Shown: piece after piece, positions 1 to 10,076 of the stretch | Position numbering within the stretch: position 1 is the first letter of the stretch | How the letters are laid out: every line of letters starts with the position of its first letter | Source of the DNA: Verrucomicrobiales bacterium | Lineage (GTDB): Bacteria > Verrucomicrobiota > Verrucomicrobiia > Verrucomicrobiales > SLCJ01 | Direction: 5' to 3' | DNA: 64,000 nt | Assembly: GCA_046075565.1 (NCBI GenBank) | Contig: JBJTQJ010000108.1 | Span: 77,305 to 141,304 of the forward strand | Notes under the pieces: model-generated | Told to the model about the DNA's origin: nothing | What the model saw: only the letters and a program-made list of their open reading frames with translations | Databases searched by the model: none | Position numbers and translations under genes: made by a program

Positions 1-876
1 CCCTCGCTGCCTGATGAGGATTCGATCTATCGTTTCCTCGATCTCGATCCTATCCCGCCCGAACTACGGGAAAACTTCGGCGAGATCGAAGCGGCGGAAT
101 ACGGCACCTTGCCAAGGCTCATCACCATCGGGGATCTGCGCGGCACGTTCCATAACCACACCACGGCATCGGATGGCACCGCCTCCCTCGAGGAAATGGC
201 GGAAGCCGCCATCGAACTCGGCCTCGCCTATCTCGGCATTGGTGACCACTCGAAAGCCGCCGTGCAAGCCAACGGACTCGACGAATCCCGTCTGCGCGCA
301 CAAATGGACGCCATCCGCGAACTGAACAAGCGCTATGAATCGGAAGGCGTTCCTTTACGGCTCTTCGCCGGTTCGGAAGTCGATATCATGAAGGATGGGC
401 GGATGGACTTTTCCGACGACCTGCTCGCGGAACTCGATTATGTGGTGGCATCCGTGCACAATGCCTTCACGATTCCCATCGAGGAACAAACCGCCCGCAT
501 CATCGCGGCCATGGAGAATCCTCATGTGGATATGATCGGGCATCTCTCCGGCCGCTTGTTGTTGCGGCGCGAGCCCTACGCCATCGACACCGGCGCGCTC
601 ATCGCGGCGGCAGCGCGCACCGGCACCATCATCGAGCTGAACGCGAATGCATGGCGTCTCGACATGGACTGGCGGCATTGGAAATCGGCCCGCGATGCCG
701 GGGTTCTTTGCGCCATCAATCCCGACGCGCATTCCGCCCAAGGACTACAGCATCTTCGCTTCGGAGTCGAGTCCGCCCGGAAAGGCTGGCTGCGCGCCAG
801 CGATGTGTTGAACACCCGACCGACGGATGTGGTGGCGCAATGGCTAGCTACTCCGAAGGCGAAAAGAAAGCCCTGA
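1..876 (+). CDS. polX: DNA polymerase X / PHP-domain protein (C-terminal part, 5'-truncated by window)
   Basis: Frame is open from base 1 (SIYRFLDLDPIPPELRENFGEIEAA, the typical PolX thumb-PHP linker). PHP motifs HNHTTASDG, GDHS, GSEVDI, ASVH, GHLSGR, ELNA, NPDAH. Confidence 0.9.
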   Translation, partial: PSLPDEDSIYRFLDLDPIPPELRENFGEIEAAEYGTLPRLITIGDLRGTFHNHTTASDGTASLEEMAEAAIELGLAYLGIGDHSKAAVQANGLDESRLRAQMDAIRELNKRYESEGVPLRLFAGSEVDIMKDGRMDFSDDLLAELDYVVASVHNAFTIPIEEQTARIIAAMENPHVDMIGHLSGRLLLRREPYAIDTGALIAAAARTGTIIELNANAWRLDMDWRHWKSARDAGVLCAINPDAHSAQGLQHLRFGVESARKGWLRASDVLNTRPTDVVAQWLATPKAKRKP

Positions 877-947
877 AGAGCCGCCCGATTCTCTTTCCTG
901 GTGCGGCAATCGTGGTTTGTTTGCATCTCTTTCTCCCATTCCCTTCA

Positions 948-1049
948 GGGCAAGAGCGAGACGCTCTTGCTACGATTGGCATCGAAACCCAAGGGGATTT
1001 CGCCTGCGAGTATCCACTGGAATCGCAGCAAGACCGTCCCGGTCTTGCC
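948..1049. repeat. Pair of inverted REP-like palindromes between convergent genes
   Basis: GGGCAAGAGCGAGACGCTCTTGCTACG (948-974) and CGCAGCAAGACCGTCCCGGTCTTGCC (1024-1049) are hairpins and near reverse complements of each other; both recur at 20999-21070. Confidence 0.85.
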
Positions 1050-1070
1050 TTGGGGACCCGATATTGCGTG

Positions 1071-2876
1071 TCACCGCTTTGTTTGACAATTCTCGAGTAA
1101 AACGGGAGGAACCTTCTGGTTGGGATCCGCCTCCGAAGACCCGGAAGGTTGTGCGGGAAAAATGTTTCCATCGATCACTAAACCGGAGGTTGAGGTCACA
1201 TGGATGAGTGGCCAGACACAATCCACAAAGCGATTGTTGAGAACCGAAATATCCTTGAGCGCCCCGGCGGGCAGAATCCTGCGATTGCCTCCCCGGGCAT
1301 GGATCTGGACGGGCGTCTGCAACGCTCCTTTGATCAAATTGTCTTTGACCACCACATTGGAAGACATGCCGCCTTCCATCCACCAGAATTCCGGAGAGAT
1401 CAATACCGAGGCCATTCGGGTGTTGGTGAGACGGTTGCCGCTGACCTCGCCACGGCTGGCCTTGATGAGGATACCGCGTGAACGGTTGTCACCGAAGTCA
1501 CATCCCTTGACGGCAAATCCATGGCCGAGGCCAAGCAGACAACAAATCGCCGAACCCGGCGCGAGCGCGACCTCCCGGTCCAAGGTGAGGGTGTGGAACG
1601 TCGCTCTTCCCTCGAGCAGGTCGGAGCGCATGTCCTTGTCCATCTGAAGACGTCGGATAAACGCCACCTCCTGTGGGGAAAAGGGCTCGGGATCCAACCG
1701 CATATCCACAACTTTGGCATCCGGCGGCCGCGGACCGGCAAACGGAAGGAATTGCAAGGGGTCACCGGGACGGATGCTTGCGAACTTGTCGATCATCGCG
1801 ATGCGGACCTCGCGACCGGAAGCGCCACGCACGAAATGGAAACGCCCGTTGATATTCACCGCATCATCACCCATGAATCGGGCGGTGCAGGAAAGAATGG
1901 CCGGCCCATTGACCGCATCCTTGCTGTGGAAGGCATCGGCATTGAGAGAACGCATCCGGGGCAACTCCCGTTTGACCGGGTCATCTTCGGGACGCCGGCG
2001 ATCCACGATGCAACGCAGATAGGTCGTGCCATCACAACCGCGCTCGAGAAACCCGAAGGAAGGCGCGGCATGGAGAGTGATGTCTTCCAAACGCACACCG
2101 CGGCAGCCGCGCAACTCGAAAGCATGCGGTGCCCCGGCTCCGCCGGAGAAGTTTTTGGCCACGAGGATATCTCCGATTTGTTCGCTGTCTTCGGCCGCAT
2201 CGAATGTGTATCCAGCGCTCTTGCTCATCCGGTATCGCCGGTTCCCGCGCGGCGTGACTTCTTCATTCCAGTTCGCGTCTCCCCGCCGGAGCACACCGGC
2301 ATCGGGAACGTAAATCTGCAATGGTTCCCGCAGATCATCTTCCGGGTATCCTCCGGCAATCTCAACGTCAAGCCAGCTCTTGTCCGGCGCCATGGCGACA
2401 ATCTTCCCCTGACTGAAGGGCAATGGATCATAATCCACCTTGAGCCCGCGGAGAGTTACATTCACGCAATCCACGAAGGAAACCGCCCGTGTGGTGGAGG
2501 TGCAAACCAGTTCCACATTCTCCGCGATGATTTCCACGTCCTTCAGATCCGAAAAGGCCAGATGACCAGTTCTCTCCGCCTTCACCCGATAGCGACCGGG
2601 TGGGATGACCACACGTTTGTTACCCCTCTGTAACTCCGCGTAGAGAAAAGCACGCAGATCTTCGGGTTGAGCGGGTGTAGTCGGTTCCTGCACCGACACA
2701 GGAGGAACAGGAGCGCCGCCCTCACCGGAATCGCGGCAACCGAGCAAACTCAAACCGCACACCACGGCAAAGAGGGCGATGTGGGAGCTGGCTCGTGGAC
2801 TGCGATGGGCCGGGAGTTTCAAGAGTTCGAAGAAGAATAGGGATTGGTGATGGTTCCTCAAAATGAGGCGTGGCAT
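1071..2876 (-). CDS. Right-handed parallel beta-helix protein, GH110 (alpha-galactosidase)-like, probable lipoprotein; start uncertain
   Basis: Motifs IPPGRY, VDYDPLPFSQG, SLNADAFH, GDDAVNING, NRSRGILIK parallel ADATH/DDATNIHG/NRARGIL in 6236..8071; hydrophobic stretch ending LSLLGC (lipobox-like). Confidence 0.75.
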   Translation of the reverse strand: MPRLILRNHHQSLFFFELLKLPAHRSPRASSHIALFAVVCGLSLLGCRDSGEGGAPVPPVSVQEPTTPAQPEDLRAFLYAELQRGNKRVVIPPGRYRVKAERTGHLAFSDLKDVEIIAENVELVCTSTTRAVSFVDCVNVTLRGLKVDYDPLPFSQGKIVAMAPDKSWLDVEIAGGYPEDDLREPLQIYVPDAGVLRRGDANWNEEVTPRGNRRYRMSKSAGYTFDAAEDSEQIGDILVAKNFSGGAGAPHAFELRGCRGVRLEDITLHAAPSFGFLERGCDGTTYLRCIVDRRRPEDDPVKRELPRMRSLNADAFHSKDAVNGPAILSCTARFMGDDAVNINGRFHFVRGASGREVRIAMIDKFASIRPGDPLQFLPFAGPRPPDAKVVDMRLDPEPFSPQEVAFIRRLQMDKDMRSDLLEGRATFHTLTLDREVALAPGSAICCLLGLGHGFAVKGCDFGDNRSRGILIKASRGEVSGNRLTNTRMASVLISPEFWWMEGGMSSNVVVKDNLIKGALQTPVQIHARGGNRRILPAGALKDISVLNNRFVDCVWPLIHVTSTSGLVIDGNIFPAQPSGSSEADPNQKVPPVLLENCQTKR

Positions 2877-2929
2877 CGGGAGAAAAGCAAACGGCGTCCA
2901 ACAAGGTCTTCTTCCATGAGTCCGCGCTT

Positions 2930-4504
2930 TCACTTCGGTTTGCCTGTGTCGTCGAGCGGGCCCGGTTCGTAATCGTTGGGATTGACCCAGCCTGTCTTGA
3001 CTTTCTCGCCGCGTTGGTGCCTCTCATACAAGCCGGTTTCCGCGCCCGCGTATGGGTAATTGTCGAAGATGTCGCCTTGGCCGGAGACACGAGGATCTTC
3101 CTGTTCGCGGAGCTTAGCCAACAGGGTGGTTTCGAGGGCGGCCCGGCGTTCACCATGCCCGGGGGAGGCGGCGAGGTTCGTCAGGCAGTCGGGATCCTTG
3201 CGAATGTCGAACAACTCTTCGGAGGGGCGTTTTCCAAAACAGAGCAGCCAATGGAGATTGCCCGGTTGGGCTCGGTTGGCATTCAGGATCTCCGTCTTGG
3301 TCGCGCCTCCGTCGGTGTTGAGGTAGCCGGTTTCAGGATTGCCCGCCGGCCAGCGGTCGGGGGCGAAATTCCGCGAGTAGAGCCAACCATCCTTCAGAAT
3401 ACTGCGGATGGGGTAGCCCTGGTCTTTCGGGCGGCCGACGTCGTGGCGTTCCTGGCCGAGGATGAGATGATCGCGGCCGGATTGTATGCCGTCGGTTTTT
3501 CCAGACCTGAAGATATCGGAGAGGCTCTTGCCGGGAGTGGAAGCCATGCCGGATTTCTCCCACGGGATGCCGGCTGCCTCGAGAATCGTGGGGGCGATGT
3601 CGATGAAACTGATGTAATCCTTGACCACGCGGCCCGAATCCTTGATGCCCTTTTTCCACATCACCGCGAACGGAAGATGGTTGGCTGCCTCGTAGAGATT
3701 CCCCTTCTCGCGCGGAAAGGGTCGCCCGTTGTCGGAAGTGACGATGAGGAGGGTATTCTCGAGTTGTCCGCGTTTCTCAAGTTCAGCGACGATTCTCCCG
3801 AGATGGCGATCCAGGTGTTCCACTTCGAGGGCGTAGTCCAGCATGTCGTTGCGCACGGTATCGTTGTCCGGCCAGTATACCGGAACACGATCGATGTCGG
3901 TCAGTTGCTTGCCGCCTTTGGCCACACCACTGCCGTATTCGTAATCGCGGTGAGGTTCGTGGATACCCATCCAGAAGCACCATGGTCCATCCTTGGGTGC
4001 GGCATCGAGAAAGTCGACGAAGTTCGCGGTGTAGTCGTTCTGATCAATGCCGGTGGTCGGGGCCGGGGCCTTGCGCTTTTGGAAGGGCTGACCGGTGAGA
4101 AGCCGGGGCTTGCCCGCGGCATCACGGGCAATGCCGGGCGCCCAGCCCTTGCCCGTGATGCCGGTGAAGTAGCCGTGCTCGGCCAGCACTTCCGGGTAAA
4201 CTTTGAATTCGAGGGGAAAGAAGCCGGCGTGATTGCCCGCTTCTTTCAATTGCCATGGGTTGCGTCCGGTTAGGATGGCAGCCCGGGATGGCGCACATTT
4301 CGCATTCGGAGTGTAGGCATTGTCAAAGCGCAAGCCTTGTCCGGCGATTTTGTCAAATGAGGGAGTCGTAATCCACTTGCTGCCGTAAGCCCCGGCATCG
4401 CCGAAGCCCCAATCATCGGTGATGATGAAGAGGACGTTCGGTCGATCGGCAGCATTGGCAGCACAGGCGGCCGCGATGGCGATCCAAGTGAGAAGGAATT
4501 TCAT
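2930..4504 (-). CDS. Cys-type formylglycine-dependent sulfatase (N-sulfoglucosamine sulfohydrolase-like)
   Basis: Signal peptide [40 protein letters not shown] signature, EPHR, TSDNG. Confidence 0.9.
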   Translation of the reverse strand: MKFLLTWIAIAAACAANAADRPNVLFIITDDWGFGDAGAYGSKWITTPSFDKIAGQGLRFDNAYTPNAKCAPSRAAILTGRNPWQLKEAGNHAGFFPLEFKVYPEVLAEHGYFTGITGKGWAPGIARDAAGKPRLLTGQPFQKRKAPAPTTGIDQNDYTANFVDFLDAAPKDGPWCFWMGIHEPHRDYEYGSGVAKGGKQLTDIDRVPVYWPDNDTVRNDMLDYALEVEHLDRHLGRIVAELEKRGQLENTLLIVTSDNGRPFPREKGNLYEAANHLPFAVMWKKGIKDSGRVVKDYISFIDIAPTILEAAGIPWEKSGMASTPGKSLSDIFRSGKTDGIQSGRDHLILGQERHDVGRPKDQGYPIRSILKDGWLYSRNFAPDRWPAGNPETGYLNTDGGATKTEILNANRAQPGNLHWLLCFGKRPSEELFDIRKDPDCLTNLAASPGHGERRAALETTLLAKLREQEDPRVSGQGDIFDNYPYAGAETGLYERHQRGEKVKTGWVNPNDYEPGPLDDTGKPK

Positions 4505-4628
4505 GCGTTTGGGAGTGGGCTGCCGGATGATATGCTTCGCTTGTCTACCACTGAGCAGAGTGTTTATACGCTTCAACATAAAGAATCAACGATCGGACGC
4601 CATTCATCAACCGGCTTTGGCTAAGCAT

Positions 4629-6041
4629 TCACTTCTGGTTTTTCTTGTGGGCCCTCTCTTCAAACGCGGCTTCTTGCTCCGGTGACTTGAAGACCCGCCA
4701 CAGCGGTTTGGTTAAAGTGGCCGACCACTCGTCGTGCGCCTTTTGCAGGCGGCCGCGGATTTCGGGAAGCTTTTCCGCGAGGTCAGTGGTTTCGCCGACA
4801 TCCCGGGAAAGGTCGAAGAGACGGAACTTGTCCCCTTCTTTGACAAACTTGTGGTCCCCACCGCGGACGGCCCAGATGTCGCGCTCCGCGATCCTCCAGA
4901 AGAGCAGGTCATGAGGGTCCCCGCTCTTCTCGCCGGTCAGAAAAGGCAAGAGATTGACCCCGTCAAGCGCCTGGCTGGCGACGCTGGTTCCACCGGCAGC
5001 GGCGAGGCTCGTAGGCAAGATATCCATGCTGGTGACCGGGCGCTCGTAGGTCTTCCCGGCGGGAAGCACGGTCTTCCACTGGGCGAGGAATGGCACGCGG
5101 ATGCCCCCTTCCCACATTTGCCCCTTGCGGCCCCTCAAGGGAAGGTTGGAGCTGGTTCCGTTTTCGGTAGTGCCGCCGTTGTCGCTCAGGAAGAAGACGA
5201 TGGTATTTTCTTCGAGCCCGTCGTCGCGGAGTTGCCGGAGGATCCGCCCGACGGCATCATCCATGCCCACGATCATGGCGGCATAGGTCCGACGGCCATC
5301 ATTCCCGATATGTTTGACTCGTTCCAGCAGTTCGGGTGTGGCCTGCAACGGGGTGTGCGGGGCGTTGAAAGCGGTGTAAAGGAACCACGGCTTTTCCTTG
5401 TGCCGGTGAATGAAGGCGGCGGACTCTTCGCCCAACAAGGTGGTGAGATATCCGGGTGCTGCGGGCTGGGATACTCCATTCTTTTCAAGAACGGTGTTGT
5501 AATGGTTGAGCGGCGGCGTGCTCCGGTAATGTTCGGTAAAGTAGTTGTGGCCACCGCCGATGAAACCGACAAATTCGTCAAAACCACGGCGATTCGGGTG
5601 GAATGGCGGGGCTTCACCGAGGTGCCACTTGCCAACAATGCCGGTGCGATAGCCGGCGGCTTTGAGGTGATCCGCGATGGTTTTTTCGGTGAGGGGGAGG
5701 CCGCGGTGGTCGTTCGGATCCACCGGCCATTCGGGTTCCCAGTTGATATCATGACCAAAACGTGATTGGGAACGTCCGGTGAGCAAACCGGCGCGGCTCG
5801 GCGAGCACATGGCCGAGGAAACATAACCGGAACTGCAGCGAACCCCGTTACGGGCGATGCTGTCGATATGCGGGGTCGGGATGTCCCTGGCACCCTGAAC
5901 CCCGAGATCCGCATAGCCGAGATCGTCGGCGAAAAGGATGAGGATGTTGGGCTTCGGAGGCCCGGGATTGGCTTGGACGGGAGGGATGGCGAAAGCAAGA
6001 CAAACCGTGAGAATAGCTGAGAGAGTCTTCATACGCGTCAT
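4629..6041 (-). CDS. Cys-type sulfatase (arylsulfatase / GalNAc-6-sulfatase-like)
   Basis: Signal peptide, KPNILILFADDLG, CSPSRAGLLTG, GKWHLG, APHTP, SDNGG, EGGIRVP. Confidence 0.92.
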   Translation of the reverse strand: MTRMKTLSAILTVCLAFAIPPVQANPGPPKPNILILFADDLGYADLGVQGARDIPTPHIDSIARNGVRCSSGYVSSAMCSPSRAGLLTGRSQSRFGHDINWEPEWPVDPNDHRGLPLTEKTIADHLKAAGYRTGIVGKWHLGEAPPFHPNRRGFDEFVGFIGGGHNYFTEHYRSTPPLNHYNTVLEKNGVSQPAAPGYLTTLLGEESAAFIHRHKEKPWFLYTAFNAPHTPLQATPELLERVKHIGNDGRRTYAAMIVGMDDAVGRILRQLRDDGLEENTIVFFLSDNGGTTENGTSSNLPLRGRKGQMWEGGIRVPFLAQWKTVLPAGKTYERPVTSMDILPTSLAAAGGTSVASQALDGVNLLPFLTGEKSGDPHDLLFWRIAERDIWAVRGGDHKFVKEGDKFRLFDLSRDVGETTDLAEKLPEIRGRLQKAHDEWSATLTKPLWRVFKSPEQEAAFEERAHKKNQK

Positions 6042-6235
6042 GGCTGCTGGTGGAGTTTATCAATCAAAAGAGCGGCGGACGCCAATCCCGGGATATCCTT
6101 GGGGTGATCATGTGTGATACGAAGCTCAATCCGTTGACCTTCCATGGACATGGGCAAACCGGAATTCGCCTCGCTTTTTTCCGCATGGAGCCGCTTCTCG
6201 AGAACCTGAAGCAAAGGCCTGCGGGCAAGGGCCAT
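6038..6235 (-). CDS. Small ORF (65 aa), possibly a gene remnant
   Basis: ATG directly abuts the upstream TGA (6236-6238) and its own TGA overlaps the sulfatase ATG (ATGA at 6038-6041). Confidence 0.4.
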   Translation of the reverse strand: MALARRPLLQVLEKRLHAEKSEANSGLPMSMEGQRIELRITHDHPKDIPGLASAALLIDKLHQQP

Positions 6236-8071
6236 TCACTTCGCGGATGTCGCTGATGTCGTGCTGGCGGAAACCGTGGATGGCTTCTCGATTTTTACGT
6301 TATCCGAGTCGGTGATGTTGAACATTTGCCACTCACCGGCTTCCGGCGCGGGGTAGGCTTTCGTTCTCTCCAGCCTGTTCCCGGTGAAACTGAGCCCGTC
6401 GACCGAATAAATGGAAAGCAGGGGCAGATTGCTGAAATGGCGGAAGAGGTTGTTCTCGATCCGGATATTGCGGTTGTAGCGGGAGATACTTTTGAATTCA
6501 TCCGCGATGCCGGAACCGACCTGAATGCATCCGGTTCCCCAGACACCGAAATTGCAGTTGTCGAAGGTGTTGCCGCGGATGACCACGTCGCGCACGCCCG
6601 CTTGTTCGAACCAGAAACGGGAGTCGCCTTCGAAAAGGATGGCCGCGCCGGGAATATGGAAGGTGTTGCCTTCGATGACCATCGGTCCACGCGAACCCAG
6701 GAGGATGCCGCGGGCGCGATTGCCCCTCATCACGCAATTCCGGATCAAGGCCTCGGCGGTGTTGGCATCGGCGTCGGCCACGGAATCCCCTACGATAACG
6801 GTTTCCGGCAAGGCGCCTTCGATTTCGACCATGGTGCGGTGTTTGTTGAGCCGCTCGACGGACTTGACCGTGGCGAAGCCTTCCTCGCGCAGGCTCGGGC
6901 CATCATTCAGTTCCAGACGTGTGCCCGGTTTGATGAAATCAATGCCCGCCTGCTGCGGGTGCACGAGAGCGACCTCGAAACGGTTGGGGGCATGGATATG
7001 GATGATCTTCGCATACAACCCGTGGATGTTGGTCGCATCATCTTTTTGCTGCTCGAAAAGACAGTCAACTAGTTCGATCTTGCCTTTGCAGTTCACAAAA
7101 TGCGTGGCATCGGCCGTCGTGCTGATGATGCGCTTCCCACCGGGAGGCGGGGTGACTTTCATCCGGTGGACAAGGATGTCGGCGCTGCGCTGTGCGATCA
7201 CCCCCATGCCACCACAATGGCGGAGCGTGATGTCCGTCAATTTGATGCCGGAACTATCGGCGAGAACGAAACCCGGAACTTCACGGCCCCTCGGACTGAA
7301 AACGAGTATGTCACCAACGGAAGCGGAGATGTTCGGAATCTTCAGGCGGACGCGATTCGGACCGAGTGGATCGGCGGCAATCCCCTCCCCCACTTTGTAG
7401 CGGTCCTTGGCCATAAACGCGGTTTCTTTTTTCACCGGATCAAAGGCGAGCAGGCTGCCGTAAGGATAGAGGACTTCCCCGCTGGTCACGGTGGTCGCCG
7501 GCCCGGTATCCTTTTTGCCATTGGTGAACACCAATACGCCATTCCGGATCTCGTAGGGGAATTCGGCGGAGAACTCCAAATCGACCTGCTGCGGGGTGAT
7601 GGCGAGCACTTTGCCTTCCGAATGGAACGGGCGGCTGAAATCAACCGTGAAATTCCGCAGCGTCACGTTCCGCGCCGAGTCCAACAGGAACGGCATCGTG
7701 TAACCATGGAAGACGAAAGTCGCACCGCCGCCATCGATCTCGACTCCTTCGATCCCCTTGAGGGGAAAGGCGATGCGCTTCAAGCCTTCATCGTTGTTGC
7801 TAACAAAGACGTATTCCTCATGGGCGCGCTCGGGATGAAACTCATATCGTCCGGGCGGGAAAACCAGCTTCTTGGCTTTGCCTTTGGCCACTTCCTGAAG
7901 CGCAGCGAGCACGCTGGGAGTGGTGTCGCTGCCATCGGGTTTGGCTCCGAAGGCCGCCATGTCGAGCGCGCCGGCTTCGCGGGCCCTGGCGGTGCCTATG
8001 GTGAGGATGGACGCCAGGGTGATCATGGCAAGCTGTTTGGTTCTATAGGGTTGATGGGTAGCGATGGGCAT
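6236..8071 (-). CDS. GH110-family alpha-1,3-galactosidase-like beta-helix protein
   Basis: FGAKPDGSDTT, FPPGRYEF, SNNDEGLKRIAF, GMGVIAQRS, STTADATHF, DDATNIHG, NRARGILL, WFEQAGVRDV motifs as I recall them for GH110 proteins. Confidence 0.85.
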   Translation of the reverse strand: MPIATHQPYRTKQLAMITLASILTIGTARAREAGALDMAAFGAKPDGSDTTPSVLAALQEVAKGKAKKLVFPPGRYEFHPERAHEEYVFVSNNDEGLKRIAFPLKGIEGVEIDGGGATFVFHGYTMPFLLDSARNVTLRNFTVDFSRPFHSEGKVLAITPQQVDLEFSAEFPYEIRNGVLVFTNGKKDTGPATTVTSGEVLYPYGSLLAFDPVKKETAFMAKDRYKVGEGIAADPLGPNRVRLKIPNISASVGDILVFSPRGREVPGFVLADSSGIKLTDITLRHCGGMGVIAQRSADILVHRMKVTPPPGGKRIISTTADATHFVNCKGKIELVDCLFEQQKDDATNIHGLYAKIIHIHAPNRFEVALVHPQQAGIDFIKPGTRLELNDGPSLREEGFATVKSVERLNKHRTMVEIEGALPETVIVGDSVADADANTAEALIRNCVMRGNRARGILLGSRGPMVIEGNTFHIPGAAILFEGDSRFWFEQAGVRDVVIRGNTFDNCNFGVWGTGCIQVGSGIADEFKSISRYNRNIRIENNLFRHFSNLPLLSIYSVDGLSFTGNRLERTKAYPAPEAGEWQMFNITDSDNVKIEKPSTVSASTTSATSAK

Positions 8072-8536
8072 AAGGAAAGGTTGCGATTGGAAATTGCTGA
8101 ATGTTGGGTGGACGAATGTAGCGGTTCTCGGCTATGATACCGTCGGGGGCGGGAGCCAGATCGTAACTGATGCGTGAACCCAGTTGGGCGGGTCCGTGCG
8201 TCACCACGGAAACCCAAGGATCCAAAAGAGTCAGGGAGGTTTCGATGATGTAGGTAAGGTCGTTTCCGTTAGGCTCGCCACGTTTGTTGAAGATGATAGT
8301 TGTATCGCTGAACACGCCGCGTTGCCGGTGCGATAGCTCCGGACCGAGTAAAGCCCATTGACGTTGAATCTCGCGTCCACGGTATGGGAATTGGGCACAT
8401 CCCCACCGTTCCAGTTGGCGGTATTCGACCACTGGTTGTTACCGCCAGCTTTCCAGTCGGTCTGCGCATCGGCATTTTGCGCGAGCAAGAGTGCGGACGC
8501 CGCGGTAAGGATGAACTGGGTCTTTCGGACTTTCAT
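8043..8536 (-). pseudogene. Remnant of a large secreted protein (N- and C-terminal parts joined out of frame)
   Basis: One frame gives a signal peptide plus TDWKAGGNNQWSNTANWNGGDVPN; another frame gives TIIFNKRG...LTYIIETSLTLLDPW, resembling the C-terminal domain of 19135..20967. Confidence 0.6.
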
Positions 8537-8629
8537 GCTTATGTGATCTAGTCGGATTAACTTGGCCTTGCCTTTGCCTGCGAGGGGCTCGGAGGATGTT
8601 CGTGATATTGCCATTTTGGAGGACAAAAA

Positions 8630-8669
8630 TCATTGAACTTTCGCGGATTTCTCCTGAACTTTTGCGTCA
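8630..8669 (-). promoter_or_regulatory. Putative XylR/AraC-type operator, copy 1
   Basis: 36/40 identical to 12168-12207; TGAAC repeated with 21-bp period; on the minus strand followed after 16 nt by TGGCAATAT (extended -10-like). Confidence 0.75.
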
Positions 8670-8742
8670 TGTTTTGATTCCCACTTGCCACGAAATCGCG
8701 AGTGCCCGTATATCCTGCCGGAAGGTGTCACGCCCTGCACGC

Positions 8743-9933
8743 TCATCGCGCCGGTTTTTTCCGAAACTCCCCCGGAGTGATGCCCATCTTCTTTTTGAAC
8801 AAACGGCTCATGTATTCCGGATGTTCAAAACCCGCTTTATGGGAAATCTCGGCGAGGGAGAGATCCGATTCGGCGAGCAGACGGCAAACCCGTTCGAGAC
8901 GAACGCGCAGGATTTCCGTTTTGGGCGAACTGCCGAGGATTTGAGCGAAGCGCCGCTCGAGCACGCTGCGGGAGAACGGAATGGATTTGAGAAGTAAATC
9001 GACATTCAACCCATCACAGGCGCGCTCGCGGATGAGTTTGAGGGCCGTCGCGATGTGGGGATCGTCGATGGCGAGCACATCCGTGGATTGCCGGGCCATT
9101 ACTCCGACGGGTTTGACAAGAATGCAGGCGGGCTGGGCGCTTTCGCCAGCCATCAATCGAGCCAGAAGGGCTGCCGCCTCGAACCCGATCTGCTGGGTAT
9201 TCAGGGTCACACTCGACAGCGGAATGTCGGACAATTCGCAGAAAATCTCATCCTTATCCACTCCGATGACAGCCACTGCGTCTGGCACCGCGATGCCGAT
9301 CTCCCGGCAGCAGTTGAGCAAGGTGCGCCCCCGGACATCGTTGCAGGCCATCACTCCACAAGGTTTGGGCAAAGCCCGCAGCCATGTCATCACTTCCCGT
9401 TCCTGCCGTTCGCCGTAGGCCCCGGACTCGGCCGCCGACAGGGAGGGCGAAAGGGATTCGGACTCGAAGGTTTGAGAAGTGAAGCCCGACGCGGCCAGCC
9501 GGTTTTCGAAACTGGCACATCGCCAATCCGACCAATCAATGCCGTTGAATCCAAAGAATGCGAAGTTCTTGAAACCGCGTGCCAGCAAATGCTCGGCGGC
9601 CAACGCGCCCACTGCTTCCTCGTCGGAGCGGATACGCGCGAAGCGCGACTCGGGCAAATTCCCGCTCAAGTCAACCACCGGCGCACCGCAGCGCTCCAAC
9701 ACCTCCGCCATCTTCGGCGTGAAGACCCGGGCGATCACACCATCCCATTTCCAGCGGTCGAACCATTTGGGGAATTGCTCGGCGGGGTCGCCCTCCTCGA
9801 ATTCAATCGACCACGGGCCGTGGATCCTCACATACTTCGCGATGCCCATCAGCAACTCCCGACCGTAACTGCGCGACGATTCGATCAACAGGGCCACCCG
9901 GGGCGTGGGTTTGGTGCCGGTAATCTTGTTCAT
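8743..9933 (-). CDS. XylR-type transcriptional regulator (LacI-like ligand domain + C-terminal AraC HTH)
   Basis: RVALLIESSRSYGRELLMGI, WDGVIAR, VPDAVAVIGVD, LSSV, RQSTD; C-terminal LERRF...GFEHPEYMSRLFKKKMGITPGEFR. Confidence 0.92.
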   Translation of the reverse strand: MNKITGTKPTPRVALLIESSRSYGRELLMGIAKYVRIHGPWSIEFEEGDPAEQFPKWFDRWKWDGVIARVFTPKMAEVLERCGAPVVDLSGNLPESRFARIRSDEEAVGALAAEHLLARGFKNFAFFGFNGIDWSDWRCASFENRLAASGFTSQTFESESLSPSLSAAESGAYGERQEREVMTWLRALPKPCGVMACNDVRGRTLLNCCREIGIAVPDAVAVIGVDKDEIFCELSDIPLSSVTLNTQQIGFEAAALLARLMAGESAQPACILVKPVGVMARQSTDVLAIDDPHIATALKLIRERACDGLNVDLLLKSIPFSRSVLERRFAQILGSSPKTEILRVRLERVCRLLAESDLSLAEISHKAGFEHPEYMSRLFKKKMGITPGEFRKKPAR

Positions 9934-10076
9934 GGGTTCGCGCGGTTGGGCCGTTTCCGGCTAGAGGCCACCCGGGAGAAATCTCCTCACGGTCTGTTCG
10001 CAGTTTGGGGCGAATCGAACGATCCTTCAACCCTCAAATGCGCGATGTTTCCGTCCTCTGGGCAAGCCTTAAGGTA

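Noticed and set aside
948-1049. CRISPR mini-array
   Set aside because: The units are inverted rather than direct, there are only two, and there are no cas genes. No CRISPR array was seen anywhere in the window.
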